Source of the DNA: Octopus bimaculoides
Taxonomy: Eukaryota
Reading direction: 5' to 3'
Assembly (NCBI RefSeq): GCF_001194135.2
Contig: NC_069009.1
Location: forward strand, 1,425,295 to 1,466,729
Length of the DNA: 41,435 nucleotides
The first letter of the stretch is position 1; every line of letters begins with the position of its first letter. Positions 33,874 to 41,435 of this stretch are shown piece by piece. The notes beneath the pieces were generated by a model that was not told where the DNA came from, searched no databases, and saw nothing but the letters and a program-made list of their open reading frames with translations. The translations under genes were made by a program, and so were the position numbers.

Positions 33874-34063
33874 AACTCCGGCTATTGCAGACCTCGTATT
33901 AATACACATTTGTTGAATGCTAAAACTAAGGTGGAAAATTTTTAATGTGTTTTGTTACTATAATTACTTTTTGAAAATGTGAATTGTAATGAAACAAACT
34001 CTAAGAGAAACAAAAGTAGAAGCTGACTACTTATTTTCAAGTCTATTGCTACTTTTACGCTAT

Positions 34064-34540
34064 CTTATTCTTTGTAAGCCTAATACTTATTCTGTCAGTC
34101 TCTTTTGCCGAACCGCGGGGACGTAAACACCAGCATCGGTTGTCAAGCGATGTTGGGGAGACAAACACAGACACACAAATATGTATACATATATACGACG
34201 GGCTTCTTTCAGTTTCCGCCTACCAAATACACTCAGAAGGCTTTGGTCGGACTGAGGCTATAGTAGAAGACACTTGCCCAAGGTGCCACGCAGTGGGACT
34301 GAACCGGGAACCATGTGGTTGGTAAGCAAGCTACTTACCGCACAGCCACACCTGCGCCTATATATATATATACATATATACGATAGGCTTCTTTCACTTT
34401 CATGTCTACCAAATCTACTCACAAGGCTTTGGTCGGCCCGAGGCTATAGTAGAAGACACTTGCCCAAGGTGCCACGCAGTGGGACTGAACCCGGAACCAT
34501 GTGGTTGGTAAGCAAGCTACTTACCGCACAGCCACTCCTG
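34064..34540 (-). mobile_element. SINE family I tandem dimer (head + (TA)n + head/body)
   Basis: Two successive GAAGACACTTGCCCAAGGTGCCACGCAGTGGGACTGAACC segments. Confidence 0.88.
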
Positions 34541-34876
34541 AGCATGTCCAGCAGAGAATAATTGACCATGGCTAGAAACTGGAGTGTAATACATTAGTGT
34601 CAAAACAATATATCCACAAGAAAACAGAGCAAATGAATGTAATTAATATTGTTTGAATGAAAAACACACATCATAATTAGTGAATTGATGCAAATACGGA
34701 AAATGTGAAAAATGAATTTGTTTTGTAAAAAGTAATACGTTTGCTTTATTTTATTCACCAGGACATCTATTTTATCACTGGTATTGTTATCGATCAATAT
34801 GAATAAATACATGTTTAGTTAGGGTACATGATTCAGAGAATGATTTAGCACAGATAACACAGTCATAACAATCTTG

Positions 34877-35122
34877 GGATCTTTTTTAAAACGGGGGCCA
34901 CAAAACGAAGCTATGGCTTAATCAGCCAAAGAAGTAAATATAAACAACTGAATACTTATCGAAATAAGACAATTTTTTACATGAAATAAATTCGAATACA
35001 AAAATATTTTTCTGTTCTATAACACAAAATAGATAAGTATACGAAGTTTGAAAGTCTTTCGGTACCAAAAACACTACGTAAAAGATTAATGAAAAATGTG
35101 GCCCCCGTTTTAAAAAAGATCC
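34877..35122. mobile_element. Second, internally deleted copy of the GGATCT-TIR MITE, in opposite orientation
   Basis: Same TIRs and internal sequence as 29750-30289; TSD CAATCTTG at 34869-34876 and 35123-35130. Confidence 0.9.
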
Positions 35123-35149
35123 CAATCTTGTCCTGTATGAATATGTTTG

Positions 35150-36160
<1,011 letters not shown>

Positions 36161-37618
36161 TCAGTGATAAGATTTCTCTCGAGAATGAATATATTTGTGA
36201 GAATTAAGGTTACCTTTTCGAGAGAATGATTTACCACAAATATCACACTGATATGGTTTCTCGTTAGTATGTATACGTTCATGAGCAATTAAATAACATC
36301 TTAGTGAAAAAGATTTACCACAAATATCACAGTGATATGGTTTCTCACTTGTATGAATGTATTTGTGTTTAGTAACATTAACGGGATTAGTGAATGATTT
36401 ACCACAAATATCACAGTGATAAGGTTTCTCTCCAGTATGAATATTTTTGTGAGAGATAACGTAACTTCTTCGAAAAAATGATTTACCACAAATATCACAC
36501 TGATATGGTTTGTCTCCAGAATGAATGGATTTGTGATATGTAAGGCTACTGTTGTGAGCGAATGATTTACCACAAATATCACATTCATATGGTCTGTCTC
36601 CAGTGTGAGTGTATTTGTGAGTTATAAGCCTGGCCTTCTGAGCGAATGATTTTCCACAGATATCACACTGGTGAGGCTTCTCTCCTGTATGAATATATTT
36701 GTGTGTAGTTAAGTTACCTATCTGAAGGAATGATTTACCACATATGTCACAGTGATATGGTTTCTCTCCTGAATGGATGTATTTGTGAGAAGCAAGGCTA
36801 CCTCTATGAGAGAATAATTTACCACAAATATTACATGGATATGATTTCTCTCCTGTATGAACATTTTCATGAGAGATGAGGTTACTTTTCTGAGAGAATG
36901 ATTTTCCACAGATATCACAATGATGAGGTTTCTCTCCTGTATGAATGTATTTGTGTTTAGTTAAGTCACCTATCTGGGAGAATGATATACCACATATATC
37001 ACAGTGATGTGGTTTCTCCCCTGTATGAATGAATTTCTCTGAGAATGATTTACCACAAGTATCGCAGTCGTTTCGTTTCTCTCCTGTGTGAATGCGTTTG
37101 TGAGAAGTAAGGCTACTTTTATGAGAGAATGATTTACCACAGATATCGCAGTGATATGGTTTCTCTCCTGTATGAATGGATTTGTGAGAAGCAAGATGAC
37201 TTTTTTGAGCGAATGTTTTACCACAGATATCACACTGATATGGTTTCTCGCTTATGTGAATGTATTTGTGAGAAGTAAGGCTATTTTTCTGAGTGAATGA
37301 TTTACCACAAATATCACACTGATATGGTTTATCTCCTGTATGAATGTATTTGTGAGAGGTAAGGTTACTTTTTTGAGAGAATGATTTACCACAGATATCA
37401 CACTGATGTGGTTTCTCTCCTGTATGAATGTATTTGTGAGAGGTAAGGCTACATTTTTGAGAGAATGATTTCCCACAGATGTCACAGTGATATGGTTTCC
37501 CTCCTGTATGAACACATTTGTGAATAGTGAGATTTCCCTTGTTAGAAAAAGTCTTTTTACAGATATCACATTGGTGTGATAATTTTTCTCTTTCTTTTGT
37601 CATCTTCTGAGGATTCAT
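36161..37618 (-). CDS. C2H2 ZNF gene G, ~485 aa, 17 units (unit 7 has a 21-bp in-frame deletion), truncated by a frameshift
   Basis: ORF from MNPQKM; ends TAT CAC TGA where the consensus is TAT CAC TGT GAT. Confidence 0.9.
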   Translation of the reverse strand: MNPQKMTKEREKLSHQCDICKKTFSNKGNLTIHKCVHTGGKPYHCDICGKSFSQKCSLTSHKYIHTGEKPHQCDICGKSFSQKSNLTSHKYIHTGDKPYQCDICGKSFTQKNSLTSHKYIHISEKPYQCDICGKTFAQKSHLASHKSIHTGEKPYHCDICGKSFSHKSSLTSHKRIHTGEKRNDCDTCGKSFSEKFIHTGEKPHHCDICGISFSQIGDLTKHKYIHTGEKPHHCDICGKSFSQKSNLISHENVHTGEKSYPCNICGKLFSHRGSLASHKYIHSGEKPYHCDICGKSFLQIGNLTTHKYIHTGEKPHQCDICGKSFAQKARLITHKYTHTGDRPYECDICGKSFAHNSSLTYHKSIHSGDKPYQCDICGKSFFRRSYVISHKNIHTGEKPYHCDICGKSFTNPVNVTKHKYIHTSEKPYHCDICGKSFSLRCYLIAHERIHTNEKPYQCDICGKSFSRKGNLNSHKYIHSREKSYH

Positions 37619-37868
37619 TATTGTTCTCTTGTATACAAACAAAATATATTTTCCCGTTCTTCTTTATATATTTCTTTGTTGATTCAAATACTTCTGCTGC
37701 TATATTTTCCACAAGTCTGGTCTTTGTCAATATCTAAAGGTAATACAAACACCTTTGTTGATTTTTCCAAGTTCAGACTGAATGGGAAAATACTTTAGTA
37801 AATATTCCAGGTAATGATGAAAACAAATGTTGCTATTAATTCAGAAGAAATATTTCAGAGTTTTTCAC

Positions 37869-37996
37869 CATAGACAAATCATATAAAGAGGGTTATATCT
37901 ATTATTTATAACATCTTCCATTAGTCTTCAAATGATGATCAATATTCATGATGGATCTCACATAGAAGCTCCTTTATACCACTAACATTTCACATT
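37869..37996 (-). other. Putative 128-bp exon 2 of gene G
   Basis: TTTCAG acceptor; ATG|GTGAAA donor; the downstream acceptor is TTTAG at 37734-37738. Confidence 0.6.
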
Positions 37997-39294
37997 CTGA
38001 AATGATATAGAAACAGTAGAAGATATAGGAAAAACTTACAAAGCAGAGATTCAACTATAAAAAATATTACTACATTTTCATAACGTTAAACTGTTGATAT
38101 AATCTTTTACCCAAACAAGTGGTCTTTGAAATTTATTTTGTTACTAAAATTATATGATACAACTTTGTGTAATGTCCACATATACACAGACTTCAGTTCT
38201 TCTACCTTCGGATATTATGTAAAACGTTAAACTATAGAATATTGGGCAATAACATTCTACTATCTTCAGTAACAAAAGTCACTACTGTTTAACCCTAGGT
38301 TATCCCTGAGCAGGTCTATTATTAATGAAATTAGGTAGTGTTCATGACTGTTACAACTTGCCTAACAGATCAAACATAAACATAACTAAAATTTAGTGAA
38401 CGAACCTGTCCCAGTTTTTCCTCTTGTAATTTTCTTAATAATGTGTATCTTTTACAAACAAACTGTGCCAAACTCCGACAAGCTGATCCTTGAAAACGTA
38501 TTTCTGCAAAATGTTGTCCCGAAATATGGTTAAAGAAATGGGGCTAATGCACTTTCGCACCTCACCTTCAAAAATACATTTTTCTGGAAATTTTATCAAA
38601 TTCCTAGGTTTCAGTTAGATATTGAAGATTACAAATATGCAAAGAAAAAAAATGGTGAAGGTGCACTTGTAAAAATTAGAGATTTAACCATTGTAAGATT
38701 GATAGACAGATGTATGTACTTGTATATGAAAGATAATGCGTGAACTTCTTTGTGTGCGTGTGTGAGTGACTACAACCACATAGAGCTGAACACAGTGTGA
38801 GAAAAGTAATTTTAAAAAATTATGGAAATTAACGAATAATCACATGGTTCCATACGATAGGATTTAGACAGTCCTGAGAGGTATACAGACACTTCGTCCG
38901 TTTCCTTGCCAGTTCATGACGTTTACCGATTCTGTCTAGAAAAAACTGTATCTTGGTTTACCGTAGTGGTATCACTGGCCACATGTTACAGTCAGCTATT
39001 GGTGTTTTACGATGTTGCAGATTATTTATTCTCAGGAGCTGAAAGTGGACAGAATTATTAACGTGTATCGTTTAGACAGAATAAACAGCAAATACAGATG
39101 TTTAGCAAATGATACCTCTATAATAAAACAATAAACAGCTTTGAATGGACACAATCAGCAAATGGAATGTCTACTAAAATAATAGAAATTAAAAATATTG
39201 TGATTTTTTCATGGCCAAGACAAGCAAAATCCAGATTTTTCGATGCATAATTTATAAAGTTTACTGGACAGTAGAATTAATATTAACATCTTAC

Positions 39295-39422
39295 CTCTGA
39301 TGACATATTAGTCGGTGCTTCGCATGAAATATTTTGAATTACACAAATAACCGATCTAGGGAGGAAATATTATTGAAAGACACAACAAAAAGCCGACACG
39401 GAACCTCAACGAAACGAACTAA
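39295..39422 (-). promoter_or_regulatory. Putative TSS motif and exon 1 of gene G
   Basis: TTAGTTCGTTTCGTTGAGGTTCCGTGTCGGC; GAG|GTAAG donor. Confidence 0.6.
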
Positions 39423-39548
39423 CAATAAAGTTGTTGTGCGTCCTGTATTTACTCACACTTTTGTCTGATGCTAAAACTAAGGTAGTAAATTGTTAATGCA
39501 TTTTAGTGCCATAATTACTTTCTGAAAATGTGAACTGGGCGATGGAAG

Positions 39549-39620
39549 AGAATACGCACACCACCCGTTTTCGGCGTGACCGTAACCTTAACTGCCGAAA
39601 ACGGGTGGTGTGCGTATTCT
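39549..39620. repeat. Perfect 27-bp inverted repeat with an 18-nt loop (mini-MITE-like)
   Basis: AGAATACGCACACCACCCGTTTTCGGC / GCCGAAAACGGGTGGTGTGCGTATTCT. Confidence 0.9.
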
Positions 39621-39712
39621 TTACCTCTGCCATAATATTTTTTATTATGCCATTTCATGTTGAATATTTGAATATTCTTAATTTAACAGATATTAATTTA
39701 TATGAAAACACA

Positions 39713-39790
39713 AAGTGTCTTCTACTATAACCTAGGGCCGACCAAAGCCTTGTGAGTGGATTTGATAGACGGAAACTGAAAGAAGCCCAT

Positions 39791-39825
<35 letters not shown>

Positions 39826-40033
39826 GTGTATATGTTTGTGTGTCCGTGTTTGTCCCCCCAACTTCTCTTGACAACCGAGGCTGGTGCATTTACATCCTAG
39901 CGGTTCGGCAAAAAGAGACCGATAGAATGGGTACTAGGCTTACAATGAATAAGTCCTGGGGTTGATTTGCTGGACTAAAAGGCGGTGCCCCAGCATGGCC
40001 GCAGTCAAATGACTGAAACAAGTAAAAGAATAA
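39713..40033 (+). mobile_element. SINE family I, 5'-truncated
   Basis: Matches the body and tail of 7696-8080. Confidence 0.88.
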
Positions 40034-40039
40034 GGAGAG

Positions 40040-40870
40040 TACCGGAGAAGTTTCAGCTAATTGATCTAATGTCAGATTCGCGGAATTTGGCATTAACAGT
40101 TTCCTTTAAGTTATGTGGTTGACCGTTGTTCAGGGTTTGGTTGATGACCGACTTGAGATGAACAGTTGTTTGGATAGATTCGAACAGCTCAAAATGCCGT
40201 TTCAGGGAAGAAGTGAAGGATCCACTATTCCCATTCATCACGTGGAGGGAGACAAAATTGAACAGGAATAGTTTCTTATTTCTTTAAACACAGAGGGGAC
40301 AAACAAGGACAGACAAACGGATTAAGTCAATTACATCGACGCTAGAGCATAACTGGTACTTAATTTATCAACCCCAAAAGGATGAAAGGCAAAGTCGACC
40401 TTGGCGGAATCTGAACTCAGAACGTAACGGCAGACGAAATACAGCTAAGCATTTCGCCCGGCGTGCTAACGTTTCTTATTTCTTTATTGCCCACAAGGGG
40501 CAAAACACAGAGGGGACAAACAAGGACAGACAAATGGATTAAGTCGATTACATCGACGCCGGTGCGTAACTGGTACTTAATTTATCGACCCCGAAAGGCA
40601 AAGTCGACCTCGGCAGAATTTGAACTCAGAACGTAGAACAGGAATAGTTTCTGCCATTCTTAGGTGTTGTTGGATAGGCAGATGTTCTTCAGCGGTTTCG
40701 AGAGAACACTGGCGAGACAACTCCACGGACCCTCAGGGATGCGATTAAACAGGTTACGCTTGGACAAACCCTGGAGGGTGGCAGCAAAATCTTCGACATG
40801 GATCTGGACTTCAGAGCAAGGTTCTGTCCTGAGTATGTCAGAGCTTAAGTGACATAGGTTGCATGTCAAA
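40040..40870 (-). pseudogene. Possible highly decayed non-LTR retrotransposon ORF2 fragment interrupted by a SINE
   Basis: Weak resemblance of ...LQGLSKRNLFNRIPE...LASVLSKPLKNIC...EWQ and ...IRSIS*TS to the pre-RT LINE pattern (L..L...K..G.D.IP...L..PL...WK...RPISLTS). Confidence 0.35.
40277..40635 (-). mobile_element. SINE family II head-to-tail dimer with a single 17-bp TSD
   Basis: TSD GAACAGGAATAGTTTCT at 40260-40276 and 40636-40652. Confidence 0.9.
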
Positions 40871-40959
40871 GAAACATTCGGCTTGATGTAATGCCGACGC
40901 AGCTGCTATGGTAATGTAGGCTACACAAGTGGCATAGATGGGAACTGGAATGTCATGCA

Positions 40960-41435
40960 TTAGTATAATTATTACATATCCACAAGAAAACAGAACACAT
41001 GAATTTAATTGATTGAATGACGAGTGATACAATTTCAGCACTTTATTGACCAGGACATAAATTTCATCACTGATATTGTTATTAATTAATATGAATAGAT
41101 ATCTGTTAAGTTCAGGTACATTACTGAGAGAATGATTTACCAGGGATAACACAATCATAAGAATCCGATCCTGAATGAATATGTTTGTGTTTAATTAAGT
41201 AATTACAAGAAAATGACATCACAGATATCACAGTAATATGGTTTCTCTCCTGTATGAATGCATTTGTGATTTGTTAAATATTGTTCCACATAGAATGATT
41301 TACTATACATATCGCAGTGATAGGTACTCTCTCCTATAAGAAAACATTTATGAGTATATATAGCACATTCCTGAGACAATGATATAACACAGATATCACA
41401 ATGACATAGTTTCTATCTGGCATGAGTGGAAGTGT
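40960..41435 (-). pseudogene. Decayed-finger 3' tail of a further paralogue beyond the window edge
   Basis: Same degenerate fingers (e.g. GTGGAACAATATTTAAC on the minus strand) and AT-rich tail as D, F and G. Confidence 0.8.

Overview
AT-rich eukaryotic scaffold with three N-gaps. The SINE families and C2H2 zinc-finger (ZNF) style strongly suggest a cephalopod (Octopus); this is recognition, not a database result. The window holds a tandem cluster of seven poly-C2H2 ZNF genes with no KRAB-length N-terminal domain. My labels are A 3020-4018(-), B 9393-11021(-), C 13609-15012(-), D 17072-18964(+), E 24317-25873(-), F 30687-32399(-) and G 36161-37618(-), with 11-22 finger units each. The decayed 3' tail of an eighth gene lies at the right edge. 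Comparing paralogues suggests a shared architecture: a conserved core-promoter-like motif, a non-coding exon 1 ending at GTAAG, a 128-bp exon 2, and one large ZNF exon followed by a 3' tail of dead fingers. Exon 2 carries a position-conserved 15-codon uORF and ends exactly in ATG. That splice-junction ATG reads in a different relation to the ZNF ORF in different paralogues (overlapping out-of-frame uORF, in-frame uORF, or N-terminal extension), a possible translational tuning system. D is inverted and mosaic, C-like at its 5' end and E-like at its 3' end. Spacers contain Helitron, Merlin, Penelope, Tc1, piggyBac-type, RTE, MITE and four SINE-family relics. All exon and regulatory calls are inferred from paralogue comparison by eye and need RNA evidence.
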